Shown here: in pieces, positions 8,781-20,100 of the stretch
Layout: each line of letters opens with the position of its first letter
How positions within the stretch are numbered: position 1 is the stretch's first letter
Source of the DNA: Reclinomonas americana ATCC 50394
Lineage: Eukaryota
Assembly: GCA_048213135.1 (NCBI GenBank)
Contig: PS015064.1
Location: 62,001-101,207, forward strand
Direction: 5' to 3'
DNA length: 39,207 nt
Position numbers and translations under genes: made by a program
Notes under the pieces: generated by a model
Databases searched by the model: none
What the model saw: only the letters and a program-made list of their open reading frames with translations
What the model was told of the DNA's origin: nothing

Positions 8781-11700
8781 TCACGTCGCCACATTCACGA
8801 CCTTCACAACAGCACTGGCAGTCGCAGTCGACAGCATGGCTGTGTGACTCAGTCCTGCGACGCAAAAAACAGAGTCAGTATCGAGTCAGCGCCATCCATA
8901 CCGCCGGCCACGCCACGCACCGAGAAAGGCAAAAAAGGCGATCTTGAGCGGCTCGTTGATCAGGATGTCTGTAACACGACGCACAGTGAGTCTGACTTGC
9001 GATGATGCACACTCACACCCTCTTCGTCACACCTTGACCCTGCAGACAGAGAGAATCGCGTTCAGCACTCAACCAGGCAGTGTGTGACAGACCAAAACAC
9101 TCACCACTGATTGTGTGCGACCAACGGCGGCAGAGAGTACGCAGAGGGGATTATTCGTGAGCAAACACAGACAGGAGAATCACAGTACGCACACACGCAG
9201 ACACACCGCTGCCGTGCACATTATTGTCAGTTAGCACGCGATCTTGTGCAATGCTCAAGCGACAGAAGGACACGTTCCCATACCTGATTCCACACGCCGA
9301 GGCAATCAGACCACCGTTGCCAGCCGCCTCCAAATCATTCAGCACCCTGTACAAGCGCGGAACGTGAATCCCACTGGGCAATCGAAATGGCCTACACAGG
9401 CGAAAGGAGACCCACCGCGACGCCGTGATCAGGGTCATGATGATGAGGAAGATGCCGGTGAGCCTAATTCGCAACACAGAATCAGCAATGTCGCCCCCAA
9501 TTTCCCCCCAAGGACAGGGGCAAGGAGCAAACGGTTTCCCTTTGCTTACTGCTCACTCACCATATGATCACGAATGTCCACGGCACCAACTCGAGAGGCA
9601 GATCATGATTCTGCGAAACGAGATCAATCTGGTGCACCAGCGACACCAGCGCGCGACAAGCACACAAAATACCTTCCAGCGCTTTGCGAATCGACGCAGC
9701 GCCCCGTTCGTTGTTTCAACCTCGGCTACCGCCTCCGCAGTCTCTCGGCGATCTGTTCGTATGGGCACATGTTGGATATTGGAGACCGCAGACAGCAGAG
9801 CTGCTCCAGACGCACCGCTTATCGATGAACTGCTTCCACTCGAAACAGTGTTCTCTTCATCCCAGGCACAGCGAGTCCCTGCGAGCATCCAGTGGTTGGC
9901 GAAGAACAATCGACCGCACTCATGCACACCATACAGATCGTCGCGGTTCCAAAGAGTGAAAGGGACAGTCGCAGCGGTGGCAAACAGAGAGCCAAGAGAG
10001 CTCAAAGGAAGACAGAGTGAAAGAGACGAGAAGAATGAGACAACAGGAGAGAAGGTGACATTCAAGAGGGCGAAAGAAATTGCTGCCTCCCACCGCTTTG
10101 CATTGCACACCCTCGCTACTCTCTTCCTTTCGCACTTCTCTCTCCTGTCTCTCTCTGCTTCTCCTTGCCCTTCCTCATTGTCTCTCTTCCTTCCACACTT
10201 GCCTCTCCCTTCTCTCTCAGCTTTTCCTTGCCTCTCCTGTCTCTCTCTCGGCTCTCTCTTGCCCTTCCCCGTTACCTCTCATCTCTCCATATTTTGCTTC
10301 TTCTCTCTCTCCTACTTTCTCCGCTCATTCTTGCTATCTCTCTTCTTTCCACACTTGGTTCCTGTCTCTCTCCGCTCTCCCATGCCTCTCCTGCCTCTTC
10401 TGCCTCTCTCTGTCGGCTCTCTCTTGCCCTTCCCAGTTACTGCTCTTCCTTTCGCATTTCCTCTCATGTCTCTCGCCGCTCTCCCTTGCCTCTCCTCACC
10501 ACCTCTCTTCTTTCCACACTTACCTCTCCTGCCTCTCTCGGCTTTTCCTTTCCTCGTTCTCAGTCTTCCTTCCACACTCGCCTCATCTGTCACCCTCTCT
10601 GCTTCCCCTTGCCCTTCCTCTTCATCTGCCTTGTTGCTCTCCACTCTCCCCTTGCTTTTCCTCGTTCTCAGTCCACACCTATCACTCTACACACACTTCT
10701 TCGTTGCCACACCTCCTTCCAAACGTGCCTCTCCCTTCCGTCTCGGCTCTCCCTTGCCCTTCCTTGTTACCTCTCATCTTTCCATATATTTGCTTCTTCT
10801 CTCTCCGCTCTCCCTTCCTCGTTATCTCTCTTCCTTCCACACCTGCTTCTCCCTTCGCTCCCGGCTTCTCCTTGCCTCTCCTGCCTCTCTCTCTCTCTGT
10901 CGGCTCTCTCTTGCCCTTCTAAGTTACTGCTCTTCCTTCTGCATTTTCCTCTCATGTCTCTCGCCGCTCTCCCTTGCCTCTCCTCACCACCTCTCTGCTT
11001 ACCGCATTTTCCTCTCATGTCGCGCTCTCTGCTTTTCCTTCCTCCTTGCTCTCTCCCTTCCACACTTTGTTCTCTGTACCTTCAGCTCACTCTCTCTCTT
11101 TCTCGCGTCTGCTGTCCCTTTCTTCCGTTGTCTCTCTTGCCTCCCATGTTCTCTTCTGTTGCTTCCTCTCACTTACCTCTCAATATCATCAATCCACTCA
11201 CTTGTCCTTTCCTCTCTTCCCCCTTCCCCTTTCCCTTCTCCATTTCCTTTCCCCCGTCCCTTTCCTCTCATCCCCTCCCTTTCCCTTTCCCTTCTCCCAT
11301 CCCTTTCCCTCTTCTCTCCCCTCTCACCAACAGGAACCGCCGTGATGTATCGACGGCGCGGGCGCTCACAACGATCCTCCACAGTGATGCTGGGAACGGG
11401 ATACTGGATTCCATCAATCTGTGCGCGTGTGCACGTTAGTACGAAAGCCAATTTCCGTGCTCCTCGCAGACCACCAAGAAGCCGTGATCGACGAATGAAA
11501 GCAACCTTTGAGGACATTGCTCTCTGTCCCATTCGCTCACCTGCTTCAGCTTGAAGTCGCCCTCCGGAGATTCCAGCATGGGCATGTTGTTGCGAGACCG
11601 TTGTTGATCGGCCAACAGAGCGCGAACTCGTTGCCACATGGCAGAGTGCTGTGCGCATGGCGATGGTGTTAGTGCGCGTGTGTGGTGACTAGCTGCGTGT

Positions 11701-14700
11701 GCGTGTGCTTCTCTTTTTTTGTGTGTAGCAGCTACATCACTTCCACTGCAGATCATCGTCTTCTCACCATCACGGAAGGTGGCGGAGTGGAGGCGGATAC
11801 CAAAGGCACTGTCAGAGCTGGTGCTTCGCGATGGCCCCCTTGACGATGACTCCAATCCACAGGTGCACTGTTGGCGGGGTGCGCACAGTGCGTCAGCAGC
11901 AGTGAGCAGAACTCAAGCACTCTCACTCTCTTTTACGAACCGGCCAGCTGGCACGGCTACTGGACGGTGCACTCTGCGCATTCGCGAACGTGAGTCACTG
12001 TCGATCGCACCACTGTGCTAATGCACGCAGCATCGACTCACTCACCCACTTGCATCGGCTCCGTTCAAAGAGACGCGGCGAGCCGATGGTCCGATCGCCA
12101 GCATCGAGCCATTGCCGCTGGCGTGTTCACCATCTTCAGCCTGCTGCTGCTGATCGACAGCCATTCCGCGTACTCGGCGCCACAGCGCAGTTTGCTGGAC
12201 ATGAGGAATGCACTGTGAGCGTGTTGGCATGCTTGACGGCCCACAACAGTGATCACTTCACCATTACTGGAACAAACGGCGACGACATTGGCGGAGATGG
12301 CACTGGAGACCTGAGGTGAAGCAGGAAAAATGGTCAAGAACTGAAAGACACATTGAGTAGAGGGCTGATGGTGAAGGTACTGACCTCGACAGTGTGGTGC
12401 GGTTAGCAAGCCTATTATTGAGTAGAATGTGAGTGAGCGTATGTGACCCGCATGAGTGCACGCCAGTTCGCTCACCCATCGGAATCAGCATCGGCGTCAT
12501 CCTGATGACTGTGCTGGCCCACGTCATCCACGATGCGATTCGCAGTCAAGAATGCGGCCAACGATGCAGCTTGCTCGTCGCCGTTGGCTCTTGCCTTCTT
12601 CTGACGCCACAACCGCACAAACTCCTCCTCGAAGAGCACCGAAAACGAATCGCCATCACCACGCGCAAGTACAGAACGCAGCCAGGCAAGGAATTCGCGG
12701 AATAGTGCAGACAGTGTCGTTGACTGCGTGACCTGCAAAGAAGAAAGTGTGAGCTGGCACAGCAGCAAGAACGACGGCACGCCAACGCACGCTCACCGAC
12801 AAGGAGGACTGCTGCTGTCGAACGCTGGTCATAAAGTACATCCAGGCACCGACGACATCCTGCTTCCTCAGCATGGCAAGCACTCGCACACGGTGGAGAT
12901 CGACATTGCGAGCCTGCTTTCACGGGTCAGCGACGCCTTGCTGCATGAAAACGCTACATCACATTCCACTCACCGGCGAGCCCTCATTGTCGTCCACCAG
13001 TTCGTGCGCATGCACAGTCGTCGCCTCACTCACCACGAAATGCGGTGATGGTGGCATTAAAGAGTGCCACAGATTCGAGCCACCGCTCTTGTCGCTGCAG
13101 TTCAACAAGTGAGCACGGACTTGGAGATCTAGAAACAAATGCCACTTGACTCACAAGTGTGTCACCGCACCACGGCCCATGCGCACGGACGCCAGTCCAC
13201 TGCCGACCGACGGCGGTCGCCAACCAACTCCTTATTTGACACAAAGGACAACAGGCGAGCGCGCGAGTCCAGCAGGTCGTTACCGGGGCCATCGGCACTG
13301 GCACCCACCATGGCGTATTGTGCAAGCCAAAGACGCTGGAACTCGTCGGCCGACATCTCCGGCGCCAAACTCTCCTTTTCCATGTCGGCGCTGTTCACCC
13401 ACTCGAAGAACTCGCGTTGCAGCGCCACCAGCGAGAAGCCAACGGGGACCTGATTGACCGATCAGTCATGAGACAGGTTTGGTAAGGGAGGGAAATATGA
13501 AGAACGGAGTGCCGGCGATTCGTGCGCCATTTGTGCACGAATACGAGGTAGAGAAAGCAGTGTCTGTGAGCAAGAATGGCATCTAGAAGCACCACTCTGG
13601 CATACTCCGAGTTGAATACAAGAACTGCGTCCTGCCCCTGTCTCAACAACAAGCACACTCCGCACCCAACTGCAACCCATCACGTGTGTGCAATCTACCC
13701 TTCTTTTCCCTTACTTGAAGTTCGTTTCCCTCTTCCAACTGCGCAAATCCTCCATCTTCACCACCTCACTTCGCCTAAATCCCATTCCTCCTCTCCATCG
13801 AGCTCGTTTCTTCTCAATCAGCTCAGTTGCCCCTCATTTAGCCTTTCCCTCGGTCCACCTTCGAATTCTCCCGATTCTTCGTTCGTCCCTCCACTGCGAA
13901 GATACCTTCGAACTCGCGCCCCTCCTATCCTCCTCTCTCGCATCAACCATCTGCTCATCTCTGTCTCTCACTCCGACCTCACCGTTTCTCATTGCCATCA
14001 TTCTTCCTTCCTTATCGAGCTTATCGAGGCAGTTGCCCACCTCTTTCTCTCACTCCTCACGCATCAACTTCGTTCCTCCTTCGCCTGCTCAACTCTGTCT
14101 ACTCATCCATCCTCTCCTTTCTCCGCCCCTCACATCAACTTCGCTCCTCTATCATCTGCTCAACCCTGTCCTCTCACTCATTTCTTTCCCTCCCCTGCAT
14201 CGAGACCTTTCCACCACTATCTGCTCTCCTCACTCGGTTCTTTCTATTTCTCTTTGCTCACTTCCTTTTCCTTCTCTCACTGCCTCCTCCCCCCTCCTAA
14301 TCCCTCCTCCAGCATCGACGCAACTGCTCTCTGTCGGCCGTGTTGTGCGTAATGCAACAGCGCACCGAAAACGTCACTCTTTCGCAGCTGGGACACAGCA
14401 GTGAGCAAGTGTGTGCTGGATTCGCCTCGCACTCTCAGTCGAGCAACGCGCGGGGGCAACGGTGGTGGTGGTGGTGGTGGTGGCGGCGGAGGTGGCAATT
14501 GCCCACGAGCAGACACCACCACGGCGCGGTGACTCTGCGCGTATGCAGCACACAATCGCTGTTACATTGCGAACTTGATTGCAAACCACATCCTCCCACT
14601 CCACATCAAACTCACCTTGCGAGCCGACTCTGCACACTCCAAGTCGCTCGTATCATCGGCGGGCATGTCGATGGATGTCACCTCCACCCGCTTGCCGGTT

Positions 14701-17100
14701 GTTGTTTCGTGAGCAGAAGGCAACTGCATTACCATACGCGGTGTGCGCATAAATATCTGCGAGACAATCCACACCACCGGTGCCATGATCACGCCTACAG
14801 ACAAGCGTGAGGAACGACGCAGCGGAAGCACAGTGTACAGATCTGAGTGCACGAAACCAGAGATAATGCCAATCAGCATTTCGCGAAGGAAGGCAGAACC
14901 GCCACCCGTGACGGTGGCTTGCTCGGCAAACACGGCATTGGTGTACAGAGCCAGGCATACGGCAAACCACAGAACCTGAAGGAAGTGTGGAGTGAGCAGG
15001 TTATCAAAGAATGGGAGTGAAGAAAGAGACAGAGACACAGTGTGAGTGTCACTTGGGGAAAATGGTCACTCCATATTTCGGTCCAACTAACGCCACTTGC
15101 GGAGAGAAGATAGAGAGGGTGCTCAATGTGAAAAGTAGCACACGATCGAAAGCATTGCACGATACAGCGACAGTGCGTGTGGCGGCGTCTTACAGACTCT
15201 TTTCTCTCCTTCGAAGACGGCAGTGCGACGTGCATGAGTTCTCTGCGAAAGTTTGAAACGCGGCCCCTCTTTCTCTCTCGCATTCTCCTCTTCATACTGT
15301 GCACCGTGACTGCACACAACGCGACAGTCATTGAAGAGTTCTGGTAGTTCTCCATCCCCTCCTTCCCTGTTGCCCTCTCTCTCACCTCTCCCTCTCATGC
15401 TGTGCATCGTGACTGCACACAACGCGACAGTCATTGAAGAGTTCTGGTACTTCTCCATCCCCTCCCTCCCTGTTGCCCTCTCTCTCCCTCTCATGGTGTA
15501 CACCATGACTGCACACAACGCGACAGTCTCCTGAAGAGTTCTGGTAGTTCTCCATCCCCTCCCTCCTCTCTCTCTCTCACACCTCTCCTTCTCATGCTGT
15601 GCACCGTGACTGCATATAGCGCAATAGTCTCCTGAAGAGTCTTGCAACTCCACAACATCGCTACCTCGCTTTCTCCTTGCTTTCCTCTCCAAATCCCTCT
15701 CTGAGTTGAAACAAAACAACTGCTTGGCAGTCATTGCACTGAGCCGACACATCTCCCTCCGTCTCTCTCACTCTCATTGTGCGTACGGCGACAGAACAGT
15801 GTGCTGCGGTTTTGTGAAGAGTCCTGCAAGTCCACCGTCTCCCTTCTCTCATTCCTCTCCGAGTTGAAACAAGACAACTACGTCCCTCGTTTGACAGTCT
15901 CTCCCTGCACACTCTGCGCGCGGCCTGCTGAAGAGTCCTGCAACTTGCCCGTGTCCCTGTCTCCTTGTCTCCCTCTCTCTCTCTTACACCCTGCGCACAG
16001 CCACTGTGCACCTTGCATCCTTTCCTTCTCGCCCCATCCCTCTCAGCACACGGTTACTACTGTGCTAAACTTCCTCATCGCTCATTCTCCTTTCTCTTCT
16101 CCTCTCGTAGTTTGACAACTTAACTGTGTGCCTACAGTAAGTGCGTGAGCCGTGTCTCTCTCTCTCTCTCTGCTGCGAGTTCTCTGTGTGTGCGTCTTTT
16201 CGAACTTGCTCCCTTCTCCCTCTCCCCACCCTTCCACCTCCCCCCTTCCCTCCCTTCTCCCCGTCCCCCTCCCCCTTCCCTCCCTTCTCCCTTCCCTCCC
16301 TTCTCCCTTCCCCCCTCCCCCCCCTTTCCTCCCTCCCACACCGTCACACGCTGCGTTCGACGGAAGCGATCCGCATTCGGGCAGATAATCGTCGAGACCC
16401 ACGAGTGGTCATCTGCACGGAGCCACCACGCTACTCAGAAGCGCACAGTTTGCACTAATCAAGCAGCATGCACACACCTCTCACAGCCGTCCACACAGCC
16501 ACGGCGCGTCTCATCAACCAATTGCGGCCGCGATTGACGCGTATCACCGAGCGCACGAGCTCTGTGCGCATTCAAGTTAGAAACGAGCGTAGAAACGCAA
16601 GAGACTCGCAAGAACAATGGCCACAAAACGTCGGAATCGTGAAACAGCCACGAAATGCCTTTCAAGTGCCCGAAGCGAGTCTGACCAAAAGAATGACAAG
16701 AGTGAGCAGCGCGATGCCACAAGGGCTCTGCGGTAGTCATACACACCTGCATCTTCTGCCTGCAGACCGCGGTCGCGCAGATCGGCGGTGGAGAACACAC
16801 TGTGCACAATCACACACGCTCACTTTCAGGATCAAATCAATGAAATCGCTCGACGCAATACGCACCCGGCAAACTTGACGCCAGCCAACTCTGCCTGTCG
16901 CAACGGCATTTTTAACATGGTGACACATCGGACCAGCTGCCTGTCGCTCGCCTGGTCCATCTTGTAGCCAATGTACAGCTGGATGAGATAGATGACTTGA
17001 ATCACTGGTGCACGCGCGCAGGGTGGTGGTGAGTGGTGAGCAGGCTCGTGGTGACAGCGAGTCGGCGAGTGCTTACCAATGACAATCGAAAATGTCGAGC
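8781..17100 (-). CDS. PKD1-like five-TM region with large TM3-TM4 loop
   Basis: Hydrophobic segments near 17090-16970, 14975-14925, 14885-14745, 9480-9425 and 8970-8915. In-frame poly-Pro at ~14455-14497. Confidence 0.65.
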
Positions 17101-20100
17101 TCCTCAGCAGCTGGCCCGTGAAGAGTGACAGCAGGTCGGCAGGACTGAGAATCACCACGTTAGCTCACTTGCGACTCAACAACACCGCCGAGTACAGACG
17201 CAACGAGACAAAGGTAAAGTGAATGTTGAAGATATCATGCACTGCAGAGAGCGAGAGAGAGAGCAAGGCGAATCAGCACGATTGAACATCCAGACATAAT
17301 TCTCCACCCAAAGGACGCACAATTCACGCTAAAATCCGTCATGTGATTACAACGACACACAAACGACTGCACGTCGTGAGTACCACGCGTCACTCGCACA
17401 AATCTGTCACGTGTGTGCATTCGTCAGGGCAGAGCGCAAACGATGCGTCGTGCGGCGTCGCAACGTTTTGCATCCGTCAGAAATCCACTGCTGCCTGGTC
17501 TCGTTCCAGAACACACACAGCTTGCCGAAATCGGCAGCAGTCGCTGTAGAAACAAACAAGGAACAGAAAAGCGCCGTGAGCAACCCTCGCCTGGCGCCAA
17601 TGGCATCGTGCACACGCACGATTGTCACTGCGGTACACGGTCCGGTTGCAATCTGTGCAGATTCGTAAGCACATGCAACTATTCGTTAGCTGACACACAT
17701 AATTGCAATGCAAAGCGCAACGGCTGTCATCCAGGGTCACTAGCGTCGTGTCGCCATCGTCAACAGCCTCGGGTGAGTGCAAGCCACGCACTCCACAACC
17801 GTCAATGTACTCCAACACATCTCGCTTAGACAGGAGGTGAGACACGACACATTCACAGGCAGGCAGGCATACAAAGAGACGTACCAGCTGCGGTGCGACG
17901 GCGGCCAGGAGCGCGCTGTCTTGACGAGCAATCTCGAACGTGAAAGATTCACCCGCAGTGGCATTCAGAGCGATCGGCACTCCGTTTGCCGTTTGCAGAG
18001 ACACTCGCTGAACAGGACTCAGGAAGACGGTAGTGGAGTTGCGGCTGTCCGTGTAGGGCAGCAGGCCTGTGACAGCCATGTAATGGGAAGACATGCTTCA
18101 GACTACTGCACGCAATACACCAGGTGACCAACCATTGTCGATAAGCGTCGAGGTGATGATCGGGTAGACACCTTGCAGTCGCTCCGTAACGCTCAAGGGG
18201 AACTGGTACTGCGTGACCAGGGAGGAGGCAACATCATCCGTCGGGGGCACGGTGAAGGTGGAGCTGTTGGAGAACTGTGTGCGCAACATAAACAGTTCTT
18301 TTGTAAGCAGTTTCCGAGAGACATGAGCAGGCTGCCAGGGCAGCACAGACCTGGATGCCAGGCGCCGTCGCCGAGGGCGAAAGGTACGCGGACACCAGCT
18401 GTATGTTGGTGCCAATGATGGCAATTGCAGGATCGCCGGCGGTCTTGGTGTTGACAGCATGAAAGCCGACAGTGGACAGCGCCGCGACACCATTATTCGC
18501 CATCTCTCCGTCCAGCACTGTGTCCCGCGTGGCTCCAAACACCGTATCCACCGTCGACACCAGCAGCTGCTCGGTGCGCCAGAGAGTGAGCACACGTAGC
18601 TGCTCACAACGAACAACTAAAATTTTCCCCTGACAACAATCTGCACTTCTTGTCTTCTTTCAGTCTCCGCTCTCTCCATCAAGGATCTCGCCGCAGAGAC
18701 GCAGCAATCGGTGAGTGTGCTTTGAGAACGAAGCAAATGTGAGGTATGTCTATTCCTTGCCCTTCTTCTTCCTTCCTCCCTCTCTCCTCCTTCCTTCTCC
18801 TCTAACTCCCTCCCTTGCCACCGACATGCAGCAATCGGTGAGTGCGCTTGGAAAAACACGCAAGTGAGAGACGTGTCTATTCCTTGCCCTTTCTTCTTCC
18901 TTCTCCTTCCTCTCTCCTTCTTCCTTCTCCTCCCTCTCTATCTCCCTCGCCACCGACATGCAGCAATATTAATCGGTGAGTGTGCTTTACAAAGACGCAA
19001 GTGAGAGGCACGGCTACTTCTCTCCTTTCCTTCTCCTTCCTCTCCCTTTTCCTTCTCCTCCTCTCTCTCTCTCTCTCCCTCGCCACCGACTTGCAAGCAA
19101 TTGGTGAGTGTGCGTTGAGAATAAAGCAAATGTGAGGTATGTCTACTCCTCGCCCTTCTTCCTTCCTCCCTCTCTCCTCCTTCCTTCTCCTCACGCTCTC
19201 TCCCTCGCCACCGACATGCGAGTGTGCTTTTAGAAACACGCAAGTAAGAGGGGTGCCTACTCCTCTCCCTTCCTTCATCCTCCTCCTCTCTCACCCTCAC
19301 CACTGACATGCAGCATCGCCGAGTGTGATAGAGAAAGACGCAAGTGAGAGACGAGTCTACTCTGTCTCCGTCTCCCCTTCTTCCTTCTCCTCCCGCTCTC
19401 TCCCTTGCCCGATATGCAAGCAAATCGGTGAGTGTGCTTTACAAAGACGCACGTGAGAGGCACGGCTACTTCTCTCCCTCTCCTTCTCCTTCCTCTCCCC
19501 TTTTCCTTCTCCTCCTCTCTCTCTCTCTCTCCCGCGCCACCGACATGCAGCAATCGGTGAGTGTGATAGAGAAAGACGCAAGTGAGAGACGAGTCTACTC
19601 CTTGCCCTTTCTTCTTCCTTCCTCTCTCCTCCCCTCTCTCCTTCTTTCTCCTTCCCTCTTTCCTTCATCTATCTCCTCCTCCTCTCCCTCCTTCTCCTTC
19701 TCCTTCCCTCCCTCCCTCTCTCCCTTCCCTACTATCCTCCGCCTGGTTTACCCATCCCTCTCACCTGCACGGAGGACACTGGAAGATAGCTGCCAATCGT
19801 GGCCATGTGCACAGCTGTTTGCATCAGGGAACTCGCAGTAGTGGCAACGGCCGCAGAGTCGCCGCTCTTGCCCATATCACGCAGTGAGCTGACATGCGAA
19901 TACGCCAGTGAGTAAACGAGTTTAAAGTACGCTGAAAAAGGTGGAGACGATCGCACCTGGCCAGATCTCCAGCCACAAACAGCATGGTGGTGGTGGTTTC
20001 GGGAGACAGTGACAAGTCGATTTTGCCAGCAGTCGCCGACAACAACATTGAGGCGTCACGAACGGCTGCTCGGTTGGAAGAGACTGCATCGTCCTTGTGA

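Noticed and set aside
9425-11554. 709-aa Leu/Ser/Pro-rich + strand ORF and overlapping ORFs
   Set aside because: Stop-poor CT low-complexity intron plus antisense of real exons.
15040-15245. Possible extra exon (ELMHVALPSS..DHFPQ)
   Set aside because: The PKD1-like motif RTQRVT (16342) joins directly to VLWFAVCL (14975), so this stretch is more likely intronic.
15296-19615. CRISPR-like look of repeat/spacer arrays
   Set aside because: Cores are long and degenerate, spacers are low-complexity CT and related to each other, the arrays are intronic, and no cas genes are present.
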